Program-made: the position numbers and the translations under genes | Assembly: GCA_050248855.1 (NCBI GenBank) | Contig: JBFWRP010000008.1 | Coordinates: 32,001 to 96,000, forward strand | From: Planctomycetota bacterium | GTDB lineage: Bacteria; Planctomycetota; PLA2; JAEUHO01 | Reading direction: 5' to 3' | Length of the DNA stretch: 64,000 bases | The notes under the pieces: model-generated | Seen by the model: the letters and a program-made list of their open reading frames with translations, nothing else | Databases searched by the model: none | Told to the model about the DNA's origin: nothing | Shown here: positions 55,316-64,000 of the stretch, piece after piece | Layout: each line of letters begins with the position of its first letter | Position numbering within the stretch: position 1 is the stretch's first letter

Positions 55316-57748
55316 ATGGGAAGGCCTTGCCGCCACCGCTCGCCCACGCGCCGGGCCCGCGCTCTCGCCACGGCCCTCCTCCTCCTCAGCGCCGCCCTTG
55401 GTACGCGCGCCGTGACCGGCGACGGAGGCGCCTTCGACACCGCGCCCACGCCTGTCGCTGGCCACCAGGACGTCGTCGCCCCGTTCGTTGCCACGTGGTG
55501 CCTTGCCTGCCACGCGGGCGAGGAGGCCATGGCCGGCCTCGACCTCGAGGCCCTGGTCACCCCGGCCCACGGCACGCCCTCGGCGCTTCTTCGTGCGCGT
55601 CCCGTCTGGGAGCGCGTGGCCGCCGCGCTTGAAGCCGGGGCCATGCCCCCGCCCGACGCCGGCGACCCGCCGCCCGACCGCGCGCGCATCGTGAAGGCCA
55701 TCGAGGCGCTCCAGGAGACCGCCGGCGACCTCGCCCCCCTGCGCATCGTCCCGCTGCCGCCTCGGCGTCTCTCGCGCACCGAGTGGCAGGCCTCGGTGAA
55801 GGGCGTGTTCGGCGTGGACGTCAACGCCGAGCGCTTCCTCCCGCCCGACGAGCTGGCCTACGGCTTCCCGCACCTGGTCGACGCCCAGACGTCGTCCCCC
55901 GCACGCGTCGAGGCCTACCTCGAAGCCGCCGAGGAGGTCGCCCGCCGCGTGGTGGTCACGGCCTCGCCCGAGCGTCCCATCCAGGTCGAGCGCGATGGCG
56001 AGGCCTTGCGGATCGAGCGCGGCAACGGCGGACCGCGCGCCGACGGCCTCGTCCTCTCGACGAACGGCGACATCGGCGCCACCTTCGACATCCCGCGCAC
56101 GGGCCGCTACGTGCTGGAGGCGGTCGTCTACGGCCAGCAGGCCGGGCCCGAGCCCGCGCGCGTGCGCCTCTCCTGCGTGGGCGGCCCGCACGGCGAGGTG
56201 CAGGACGTGCCCGAGACCGCGGGCACGCCCGGCACGCGCCGCGAGACGCTGGCCTTGAAGGCCGGCGCCCGCACGCTCGTCGCCACCTTCGTCAACGACT
56301 ACTGGCGCCCCGACGCGAAGGACCCCAAGGACCGCGACCGCAACCTGGGTGTGGTCGCGCTGCGCCTGCACGGTCCGCTCGCCGAAGGCCTGGGGCCCCG
56401 ACCCCCCAGCACCATCCAAGGCCTGGACGACCCCGCCTCGGTCGAGGACACCCGCCGCGACGACCTCGTGCGCCGCACGATCGAGGCCACGTGGCGCCGA
56501 CCCGCCGACGCCGACGAAGTCGCGCGTCTCTCCACGTGGATCGCGGACATCGCCAAGCGGCACGACGCCGACACGGCCCTTCGGGCCCTCGTCGTGCGCG
56601 CGCTCGTCTCGCCGCACTTCCTCTTCCTCGTCGAGGGCCTGGACGACGATCCCTCGAGCCCGGACCTCGTGCCCGTGACCGAGCACGAGCTGGCCACGCG
56701 CCTGTCCTTCGCCCTCACCTCCGCGCCACCCGATGCGCGCTTGCGGGACCTCGCCGATCGCGGTGAGCTCGGACGCCACCTCCACGACGAAGTCGACCGG
56801 CTGCTCGCGGGCCCGGCCCGCGAGCCGCTCGTCAGCGGCTTCCTTGTCGCGTGGCTGGAGCTCGCCGACTTTGCCGAGCAGCGCGTGGATGCGAAGGCCC
56901 ACCCCGGCATACCGCAGGATCTCGCGCCCGAGCTGCTGGAGGAAACCCGCCGCACGCTGGCCACGTGGATCGCCGAGGACGTCGACGTGCGCACGTGGTT
57001 CGCCGCGCCCACCACGTGGCTGAGCCCAAGCCTCGCCAAGCACTACGGCCTCGAAGCGCGCTATGCCGCCGCACCCGCCACGGACGACGGCTGGCGACGC
57101 GTGGATCTCGCGGGCACGGGGCGCGAAGGCCTGCTGGCGCAGGGCAGCGTGCTCACGCTCACCAGCGAGAGCACGCGTACCTCGCCCGTGAAGCGCGGCC
57201 GCTGGCTGCTCGACGTCGTGCTGGGCCGTCCGCCGCCGCCTGCGCCGCCGGGCGTGCCGCCGCTGGAGGCCTCGGCCGCCCCGGACGGCCCCGACACGCT
57301 GCGCGACCGCCTCGCCCGCCACCGTGCCGACCCGGCCTGCACGGCCTGCCACCAGCGCATGGACCCGCTGGGCTTCGCGCTGGAGGCGTTCGACGCGGTG
57401 GGCCGCCAGCGCGACCTCGCGCCCGAGCCCGACGGCGCGCCCGGCGACCGCGGCCTGCTCCCCGACGGCACGGCCGTGGACGGCCTCCCGGGCCTTCGCG
57501 CCCACCTCATGGCCTCGCCCGACCTTCCGCGTCGCTTCGCCGCGCGGCTGCTGGCCTGGATGCTCGGTCGCGGCCTTGCGCCCGAGGACGAGCCCTTGGT
57601 CCGGGACGTCGTCCGCCACGCCGCCCAGGGCGGACACCGCTTCTCCGCCTACGTCCACGCCGTGGTCCAATCGGTACCGTTCCGCTGGCGCGCCGTGCGC
57701 CTGCCGGTGGGAGATGTAGCGGACGCCGCGAGCGATGGGGGGCGATGA
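55316..57748 (+). CDS. DUF1592/DUF1588/DUF1587/DUF1585 protein with planctomycete cytochrome c domain
   Basis: CLACH, RRLSRTEW, LVSPHFLF, ELATRLSF, RTSPVKRGRW, CTACHQRMDPLGFALEAFDAVG. Confidence 0.9.
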   Translation: MGRPCRHRSPTRRARALATALLLLSAALGTRAVTGDGGAFDTAPTPVAGHQDVVAPFVATWCLACHAGEEAMAGLDLEALVTPAHGTPSALLRARPVWERVAAALEAGAMPPPDAGDPPPDRARIVKAIEALQETAGDLAPLRIVPLPPRRLSRTEWQASVKGVFGVDVNAERFLPPDELAYGFPHLVDAQTSSPARVEAYLEAAEEVARRVVVTASPERPIQVERDGEALRIERGNGGPRADGLVLSTNGDIGATFDIPRTGRYVLEAVVYGQQAGPEPARVRLSCVGGPHGEVQDVPETAGTPGTRRETLALKAGARTLVATFVNDYWRPDAKDPKDRDRNLGVVALRLHGPLAEGLGPRPPSTIQGLDDPASVEDTRRDDLVRRTIEATWRRPADADEVARLSTWIADIAKRHDADTALRALVVRALVSPHFLFLVEGLDDDPSSPDLVPVTEHELATRLSFALTSAPPDARLRDLADRGELGRHLHDEVDRLLAGPAREPLVSGFLVAWLELADFAEQRVDAKAHPGIPQDLAPELLEETRRTLATWIAEDVDVRTWFAAPTTWLSPSLAKHYGLEARYAAAPATDDGWRRVDLAGTGREGLLAQGSVLTLTSESTRTSPVKRGRWLLDVVLGRPPPPAPPGVPPLEASAAPDGPDTLRDRLARHRADPACTACHQRMDPLGFALEAFDAVGRQRDLAPEPDGAPGDRGLLPDGTAVDGLPGLRAHLMASPDLPRRFAARLLAWMLGRGLAPEDEPLVRDVVRHAAQGGHRFSAYVHAVVQSVPFRWRAVRLPVGDVADAASDGGR

Positions 57749-57764
57749 GAGGTGCGGTTCGCGG

Positions 57765-57826
57765 CCACCCTGGCAAGTACGCTTCGCGGGCCGCGCGCGG
57801 CCCGCGAAGCGTACTTGCCAGGGTGG
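57765..57826. repeat. perfect 62-bp palindrome with no loop
   Basis: CCACCCTGGCAAGTACGCTTCGCGGGCCGCG followed immediately by its exact reverse complement. Confidence 0.95.
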
Positions 57827-57952
57827 ACGGCCCCGCCGGAGACCGGGGTTCCCAGGCCAGTCTTCGTTGCCAAGGCCTGTCGGCAATCCTGATCTGCCTT
57901 ATCCTTTCATAGCCCTGAAAACAGGCCTCTTAACCTCCTGGGAAGGGGTTGC

Positions 57953-57987
57953 CAACAAACAAAAAGTACCCCACAATTTGTTTGCTG
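57953..57987 (+). promoter_or_regulatory. inverted repeat upstream of abiEi, candidate autoregulatory operator
   Basis: CAAACAAA (57956-57963), 13 bp, TTTGTTTG (57977-57984) in an AT-rich patch next to the start codon. Confidence 0.55.
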
Positions 57988-58610
57988 TGCCGAGCGCGAA
58001 CCTGACCGAACGGATCTACCAGCGCTTCCGGCGATCCAAGCCGGGGCAGGTGTTCACGCCCAAGGACTTCCTGGACCTGGGCGCCCGCGGCTCAATCAGC
58101 TGGGTGCTCCACGATCTGGTTCGGAAGGAGAGGATCCGAGCGATTGCGCGGGGGCTGTACGACCACCCGCGTCCGACACGGCATCTGGGCCTGACACCCA
58201 GCCCACGTCTTGATCGAGCAGCACAGGCCTACGCGCGCAAGCGCCAGTGGGACGTCATTCCCCACCCTGCGCTGGCCGCCAACCTGCTGGGCCTCTCGCA
58301 GCAGGTACCGGCCCGTGTGGTGTACCTCAGCTCCGGCCCCACCCAGAGCGTGCGCATCGGCAACCGCGACATCGTGTTCCGCCACGCGGGTCCGAAGAAC
58401 TTCGTGGCGAAGACGAGTGTCGGCGCCCTGGTCATCCAAGCGCTTCGCTACTTCGGTCGCAGTCAGGTCGATGACGCGATTCGGGAGCGCATCGCGAAGG
58501 CACTCACCGACAAGGACGTGAAGAAGGTGCGTCAGGATGTGAAGTACGCCGCGACGTGGATCCAAGCCGAGCTGGAGAGGATCTTCAAGGAGCGCGAATG
58601 GACGGAGTAG
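57987..58610 (+). CDS. type IV toxin-antitoxin antitoxin, AbiEi / DUF6088 family
   Basis: VFTPKDFLDLG wHTH-like N-terminus, IARGLYD, AANLLGLSQQVPARVVYLSSG; overlaps the toxin gene. Confidence 0.85.
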   Translation: MPSANLTERIYQRFRRSKPGQVFTPKDFLDLGARGSISWVLHDLVRKERIRAIARGLYDHPRPTRHLGLTPSPRLDRAAQAYARKRQWDVIPHPALAANLLGLSQQVPARVVYLSSGPTQSVRIGNRDIVFRHAGPKNFVAKTSVGALVIQALRYFGRSQVDDAIRERIAKALTDKDVKKVRQDVKYAATWIQAELERIFKEREWTE

Positions 58611-59605
58611 CGCGCGAGGCGCCTGCGTACCGTGCAGAGCTGTTCCAGGAAGCCGCGGCGCGGATGAACGTGGATCCACGCATCGTCGAGAAGGACTTCT
58701 GGGTCACATGGACCCTGCGGCGCATGTTCGAGGAGTCTCCCCACGCCGAGCACTTCCTCTTCAAGGGCGGCACGACACTGTCCAAGGTGTTTCGCATCAT
58801 TGACCGCTTCTCCGAGGACATCGACATCGCGGTGCATCCAGACGCGTTTGCGAACGATGTGGACGTCCCCCGTCTCGAGGAGCTCTCGAACTCCCAGCGC
58901 GACAAGTGGCTCAAGGCGCGCCTCCAGTCCTGTCGGATGTGGATCGAGGAAATCGTGCGGACGGACTTGGAGTGGCTCTTCCGTGGTCAGCTCGGCGACG
59001 AGGGATGGAAACTGACGATCGACAGCCGAAACCCGGATGCCCTGCGCTTCCGCTTTCCGCGCGGATTGGCCTTGGACTACGGGTACATCCAGGACGAGAT
59101 CGTGCTCGAGCTGGGGCCGCACGCGGAGTGGATCCCCCGCGACGACTACCACATCACCTCCTATGCGGCCGAGCAGCTCCCCACGGGTTTCGCGACCTCC
59201 CAGGTCGTGGTACGTGCCACCACGGCGGAGAGGACGTTCTGGGAGAAGGCGACGATCCTGCACGCCGAGGCACACCGCGTCGGCGGCATGCCCCCCAGGT
59301 ACTCGCGCCACTACTACGACACGGTGATGTTGGCGCGGAGCGCGTACGGTCCAAGGGCACTGGCAGATGTCCAGCTTCTGGAGCGCGTCGTCAGGTACAA
59401 GGCCACGCACTACCCGTCGGCGTGGTCGAGCTACGAAACGGCGCGACCAGGCACCTTGTGCTTGGCCCCGGCCGGCGAGCGGATCGAGGAGCTGGCCAGG
59501 GACTACGACTCCATGGAGCTCATGTTTTTCGGCCCGCGCCCGCCGCTGGCCGAGCTCGTGGAGGCCCTCCGAAGCCTCGAGAGCGAGATCAACAGCGGGG
59601 GGTAG
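58598..59605 (+). CDS. AbiEii/AbiGii nucleotidyltransferase toxin
   Basis: VEKDFWV, FKGGTTLSK, RFSEDID, RTFWEK, SRHYYD. Confidence 0.92.
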   Translation: MDGVAREAPAYRAELFQEAAARMNVDPRIVEKDFWVTWTLRRMFEESPHAEHFLFKGGTTLSKVFRIIDRFSEDIDIAVHPDAFANDVDVPRLEELSNSQRDKWLKARLQSCRMWIEEIVRTDLEWLFRGQLGDEGWKLTIDSRNPDALRFRFPRGLALDYGYIQDEIVLELGPHAEWIPRDDYHITSYAAEQLPTGFATSQVVVRATTAERTFWEKATILHAEAHRVGGMPPRYSRHYYDTVMLARSAYGPRALADVQLLERVVRYKATHYPSAWSSYETARPGTLCLAPAGERIEELARDYDSMELMFFGPRPPLAELVEALRSLESEINSGG

Positions 59606-59840
59606 CGATCCAGGCCGCGAAGATAGGGGGCCCACGCGACGTCTGGGGTGGCATCCTGCGACGGGGGATCCCCGCAGGGTCCGCGGCAGATCGCGCGCAC
59701 TCCCCTCAGCGCCCCCTTGGACTCCGTACGGCTGCCCGGGGCGGCCGCACCCCAGGCCCGAGGGGCCACACCCGCGCCCAACGAGACCCCGAACCCTCCC
59801 CGGCGGAGCGTGTCACCGGGACGCCTACACTCGCCCGTCC

Positions 59841-61139
59841 GTGTCCTACCTGAGCGCGCTTCCCCTGGATCGCCGGATCGAGGTCGTCCTCGAGCCGGGA
59901 CGCCCCATCGAGGCCGACCGGGTACCGATCTACCTCGACCGGCTCCAGCACGTCTTCTCCACCGTGCTCGGCCTCGCGGAAGACGACCCGCAAAGCGCGA
60001 TCACGCATGTCCAGACGTTCGTGATGGGCTGTCTCGAGAAGGCGGAAGAGATCGAGGACGACGGCTCGTTCGCCTCCTTCGTGCACGCGTTGTTCGTGGC
60101 CTGGGTGAAGCTGCGCCAGATGCTGGCAGCCGATCCCGCCCAGACCGCGGCGCTCCTGCTCCGCCACCTCCGCGAGGACACCCGCGGCATCTGCCAGCAA
60201 CTCCCGTGGGTGCTGGTGCCCGTCCTGCGGGGCGCCACGCGGGAGGCTGTCGAGCCGGTCCTCCTTGATCATCTCGTCGCCACGTCCCCCGAGGGGGAGG
60301 CTGCTCCCCAGGTCCTGGACCTTCGCAAGCAGCTCGCCGCCGCACGTGGCGACGTGTCGGTCTACGAGGCCCTCTGCGACGAGCCTGGACGCCTTGCGGC
60401 CCGCGACTGTGCCGAGATCGCGCGGATGCGCCTCGCGCGCTGCGAGCCCGACGTGGCCTTGGGATGGGCGGAGCGGGGTCTGGCCGCGCTGATCTGGGAG
60501 GGCGCGGAGTGCGGAGCCACCCGAGACCTGTACCGCCTGCAGATGGCGGCACGCGCCGGCTTGGGACGCGAGGACGAGCTGCGCGACGTGGCCTGGAAGC
60601 GACTTCGCGGCCAGCCGACGCAACGGGGCCTCGATCGCTTGCTCTTGGCCGCGCCGGCCGAGGAACGTGACGCATGGCGTGAGCGTGCCTTGGACGGCGC
60701 TCTGCGCTGGCCACTGGAGACCTGTCTCGAGCTCCTTCTCGAGGTGGACGAGCGGACGCGCATGGCCCTTGCCGTGCGCCAAGCGCACCGACGCGACGTG
60801 AGGCAGGTCGCGCCGGCCACGCTCCAGCGCGTGGCCCGTCGCTTGGAAGACGACTGGCCCGTCGAGGCGGCCAGGGCCTACGAGGCACTCGCCATCGGTC
60901 GCCTGCGGCATCGACGCCAGCGCACCGCCCTCGAGGGCCTCCCCAGCTTCGCGGCCGCCAAGCGCCTCTTGGAGGCCGCGGGCCAGGGCAAGGCATGGCG
61001 TGCCATGTGCGAGCACGCCGCCCGCCTGGGTCAGCGCAACACCTTGTTCCTCGAAGGACTCGCCGCCGTGGCCGCCGGCTCCTTCTCCGACCGTCCCTTC
61101 GGGCTCCAAGATCGCGCCCGCGCGCGCTGGGCGCCATAG
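59841..61139 (+). CDS. hypothetical all-helical protein
   Basis: Long protein-like frame (ALGWAERGL, WPVEAARAYEALA); start uncertain. Confidence 0.6.
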   Translation: MSYLSALPLDRRIEVVLEPGRPIEADRVPIYLDRLQHVFSTVLGLAEDDPQSAITHVQTFVMGCLEKAEEIEDDGSFASFVHALFVAWVKLRQMLAADPAQTAALLLRHLREDTRGICQQLPWVLVPVLRGATREAVEPVLLDHLVATSPEGEAAPQVLDLRKQLAAARGDVSVYEALCDEPGRLAARDCAEIARMRLARCEPDVALGWAERGLAALIWEGAECGATRDLYRLQMAARAGLGREDELRDVAWKRLRGQPTQRGLDRLLLAAPAEERDAWRERALDGALRWPLETCLELLLEVDERTRMALAVRQAHRRDVRQVAPATLQRVARRLEDDWPVEAARAYEALAIGRLRHRRQRTALEGLPSFAAAKRLLEAAGQGKAWRAMCEHAARLGQRNTLFLEGLAAVAAGSFSDRPFGLQDRARARWAP

Positions 61140-61315
61140 GACGTGGCTCCACGTGCGCACGGCGTGACCGGGGCATGCAGCCCAGCGAGGTAGCACGGGC
61201 CGCGTCGCAACGCGATGGTGCCGCAAGTCGGTCTAGCGGCGCGCGTCGTGATGCCAGCTAGCTCCGCATCCAGGCGTAGCGGGCGCGTGACCTGGGGGGG
61301 CTATAGTACGAGGCC

Positions 61316-62461
61316 ATGATTCGCGTGGAGATCAAGGCCGAGCTGCTGCGATGGGCGCGCGAGCGCGCCGGGCTGGGCCGCGACGAGCTCTTGCGTCCCT
61401 TTCCCAAGCTCGACGCGTGGGAGCGCGGCGAGCTTCGTCCGACACTGCGGCAAGTCGAGAGCTACGCCCGGCGTACCCGGGTGCCGGTCGGCTACCTCTT
61501 CCTCCCGACGCCGCCGCACGAGCAGATCCCGATCCCCGACTTCCGCACGATGGGGGGCCGGACCCTGGGCCGTCCCAGCCCCGACCTGCTCGAGACCATC
61601 TACATCTGTCAGGAGCGGCAGGACTGGTATCGCGAGCATGCCCGCCGCAGTGGGGAGGATCCGCTCCCGTTCGTCGCATCGGCGACCTTGCAGAGCGACG
61701 TGATCGACGTAGCCGCCCGCATGCGGGAGGCGCTCGGCTTCGACCTCGACGAGAGGGCGTCGGTGCGTGGCTGGACGGACGCGCTGCGGCGCTTCCTGGA
61801 GCAAGCCGACGAGCTCGGCATTCTCGTGATGGTCAGCGGGGTCGTGCTCAACAACACCCGTCGCAAGCTGGACCCCGAGGAGTTTCGTGGCTTCGCCCTG
61901 GTGGACGACCACGCCCCCGTCGTGTTCGTGAATGGTGCGGATACGCGTGCGGCGCAGATGTTCACGCTCGCGCACGAGCTCGCCCACGTCTGGCTCGGGC
62001 AGTCGGCTCTGTCGGACGTGCAACCGTCCGTCGGCTCCGCGCACGCCACGGAACACTGGTGCAACCAAGTGGCCGCGGAGCTCCTGGTCCCCCTCGCGTG
62101 GATCCGCGGCGCCTACGATGCGTCGAAGAGCTTGCCGAGCGAGATCCAGCGCCTCGCCCACCAGTTCAAGGTCAGCACCCTCGTGATCCTGCGACGACTG
62201 CACGACGCCGGGTTCCTCGGTCGCCAGGAGCTCTGGTCGGCCTACGAGGTGGAGCGCGACCGGCTGCTCGATCAGCCCCGCCGATCGGGGGGAAGCTTCT
62301 ACGACACGGAGCTGGCTCGCGTGAGCGAGCCCTTCGCGAGGGCCCTTGTCGGAAGCACCCTCGAGGGGCATACGCTCTACCGGGATGCGTTCCGCCTGTT
62401 CGGGATCTCGAAGCTTGCGACCTTCCAGGAACTCGGTCGGCGGCTCGGATTCGCAGGCTGA
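61316..62461 (+). CDS. HTH-ImmA/IrrE family metallo-endopeptidase
   Basis: LLRWARERAG...WERGELRPT HTH; EFRGFAL; FTLAHELAHVW (HExxH); EHWCNQVAAELL. Confidence 0.92.
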   Translation: MIRVEIKAELLRWARERAGLGRDELLRPFPKLDAWERGELRPTLRQVESYARRTRVPVGYLFLPTPPHEQIPIPDFRTMGGRTLGRPSPDLLETIYICQERQDWYREHARRSGEDPLPFVASATLQSDVIDVAARMREALGFDLDERASVRGWTDALRRFLEQADELGILVMVSGVVLNNTRRKLDPEEFRGFALVDDHAPVVFVNGADTRAAQMFTLAHELAHVWLGQSALSDVQPSVGSAHATEHWCNQVAAELLVPLAWIRGAYDASKSLPSEIQRLAHQFKVSTLVILRRLHDAGFLGRQELWSAYEVERDRLLDQPRRSGGSFYDTELARVSEPFARALVGSTLEGHTLYRDAFRLFGISKLATFQELGRRLGFAG

Positions 62462-62652
62462 TGCCGTACCTGCTCGACGCCAACGTCCTCATCGAAGCCA
62501 AGAACCGCTGCTACGGATTGGACTTCTGTCCTGCGTTCTGGGGCTGGCTGCTCCAAGCAAACGGCGCCGGGTCGGTCTTCAGCATCGAAAGGGTCGGGGA
62601 TGAGCTCGGTGCCGGAGAGGACGAGCTGGCGGCCTGGGCGGAGGTGCGCGGT
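62461..62652 (+). pseudogene. DUF4411 (PIN-domain) gene, apparently truncated after about 64 codons
   Basis: MPYLLDANVLIEAKNRCYGLDFCPAFWGWL...VGDELGAGEDELAAW matches the DUF4411 N-terminus; the remainder of the frame (to 62934) and the other frames lack the C-terminal AD and VVTxE motifs. Confidence 0.7.
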
Positions 62653-62789
62653 TCGGAGAGGCCTTCTGGGGTCAGGCCGCGTTGTCCCGCACCGAGAGGG
62701 GGCTCGGAAGGCCGAGCCCGTCATCGGACGGCGCGACGCTGCTCACCGAGACCCGGATGGGCGCGGCCCCGTACCCACTGCCCCGGCAG

Positions 62790-64000
62790 CTACAAGCCGT
62801 CGCCACCTCCCACCGGGCGGGCCCGGTGCGTCCTCCGCGGCGCGGGTTCCCGAGGCATCGGCTCGTCCCTCGAGGCACCGTCGAGCAGGGGCCCCGTCTC
62901 CGTGTCCGAATCGCGGTACCCCATGGACCGGTAGCCGCGCGCGCGGCGTTCGAACATGCGTTGAAGGACCGGAACGGAACGGTCGGCGTAGTCGTAGATC
63001 CGGACCTCCGTCTTGTCGGCATGACGACGGTGGAGGCGTCCCGCGTACTGGATCAACGTGCCTCGCCACGAGACGGGCAGGGCCAAGTGGAGGGTGTCGA
63101 GCCGGGGATCGTCGAACCCCTCGCCCGCGTAGCGCCCCGTCGCCAGCACCACGTGCGGTTCCCGGGACGGCAGCGCGGCGAGCCGTGCCATCTCCTCCTT
63201 GCGCTGACGCGCCTTCAGCCCGCCGTGCAAGACCACCAGCCCTGGTACCGCCTGCCGCAGGCGCCCGGCCAGCAGGTCCAAGTGGTCGCGCCGTTCGGTC
63301 AGCACGAGAGGCGCCCGGCCCTCGGCGATGGAGCCAAGGACGTCGTGCAGGATGAGCTCGTTGCGCGCACGATCTGCCGCGAGCAGGCCATAGAGCTGCT
63401 GGATCCCGGGCGTGGGGATCCCCGGATCGATCCGGAACGCGGTGTCTTGGACGTGCAGCCAGCGCGGGAACGAAGGCACGGCGCCAGCGTCCCGGGCGTC
63501 CGTGCGGAAGCGGACGGGGCCGCACTGCATCGTGACGATGGGATCGTGTCCGTCGCGCCGCCGAAGCGTTGCCGTAAGGCCGGTCACGAAGCGTGCCTTC
63601 GTCTCGGCCAAGACGCGTTCGAAGGAGATCGCGGACACGTGGTGGCACTCGTCCACGACCACATGGCCGTACTGCGCCACGACGTCCGAGACTTGGCCTT
63701 TGCGGCAGAGACTCTGGATCATGGCCACGTCGAGTCGTCCGTTCGCACGGGACGCTCCCGCTCCGATGCGCCCGATGGACTTTGACGCCACGCCCAGGAA
63801 CAGCGCAAGCTGTGCCCGCCACTGGTCAAGGAGGGGCTTGCGATGGACCAGCACCAGCGTGTTGCGAGCCCGTCGTGCGATCAGGTGGATGCCGAGAACG
63901 GTCTTGCCCGCCCCCGGCGGCGCCACCACCACGCCGTGGTCGTGCGGGAGGAGAGCCGCGACCGCCCTCTGCTGCAGCGCGGTCAGCGTGCCCTCGAACG
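62790..64000 (-). CDS. superfamily 2 DEAD/DEAH-box helicase, C-terminal part (5' end outside the window)
   Basis: APPGAGKT, VVDECHH, GLTAT, GEGFDDPRLDTL, QYAGRLHR; frame open to the window edge. Confidence 0.9.
   Translation of the reverse strand, partial: FEGTLTALQQRAVAALLPHDHGVVVAPPGAGKTVLGIHLIARRARNTLVLVHRKPLLDQWRAQLALFLGVASKSIGRIGAGASRANGRLDVAMIQSLCRKGQVSDVVAQYGHVVVDECHHVSAISFERVLAETKARFVTGLTATLRRRDGHDPIVTMQCGPVRFRTDARDAGAVPSFPRWLHVQDTAFRIDPGIPTPGIQQLYGLLAADRARNELILHDVLGSIAEGRAPLVLTERRDHLDLLAGRLRQAVPGLVVLHGGLKARQRKEEMARLAALPSREPHVVLATGRYAGEGFDDPRLDTLHLALPVSWRGTLIQYAGRLHRRHADKTEVRIYDYADRSVPVLQRMFERRARGYRSMGYRDSDTETGPLLDGASRDEPMPREPAPRRTHRARPVGGGDGL

Noticed and set aside
57748..57987. tRNA or att site at the island boundary
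   Set aside because: No cloverleaf, T-loop or CCA end, and no direct repeat partner or integrase is visible in the window.

Overview
Very GC-rich bacterial chromosomal DNA, most likely from a planctomycete. That assignment is an inference from the TIGR02999-type ECF sigma factor paired with a Ser/Thr kinase, the DUF1592/DUF1588 cytochrome-domain protein and the prenyltransferase-repeat protein. About 1-57.7 kb is densely packed housekeeping and metabolic genes: thyA-folA, a DUF455/ATP-grasp/dapCDE operon, c-type cytochromes, salicylyl-CoA 5-hydroxylase, ABC-F, sdaA, ppk2/HerA-like ATPase/phnDCE, htpG, sdhCAB and an Na/Pi cotransporter. From about 57.8 kb an accessory, defence-like segment begins (AbiEi/AbiEii, HTH-ImmA/IrrE peptidase with a truncated DUF4411 PIN gene, SF2 helicase). 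Four non-coding signals stand out. (1) A complete SAM-I/IV-type riboswitch (37455-37612) sits upstream of an 84-aa orphan that resembles an integrase arm-type DNA-binding domain, with REP doublets on both sides of the unit. (2) A REPIN-like element (31-bp arm, 36-bp variable core, 31-bp inverted arm, GTAC ends) occurs in ten copies, nine of 98 bp and one internally deleted. (3) There are two further hairpin-repeat families. (4) A perfect, loop-less 62-bp palindrome lies exactly at the core/accessory boundary. No tRNA, rRNA, CRISPR array, integrase or transposase was seen. All product calls come from motif recognition by eye; start codons were chosen manually.
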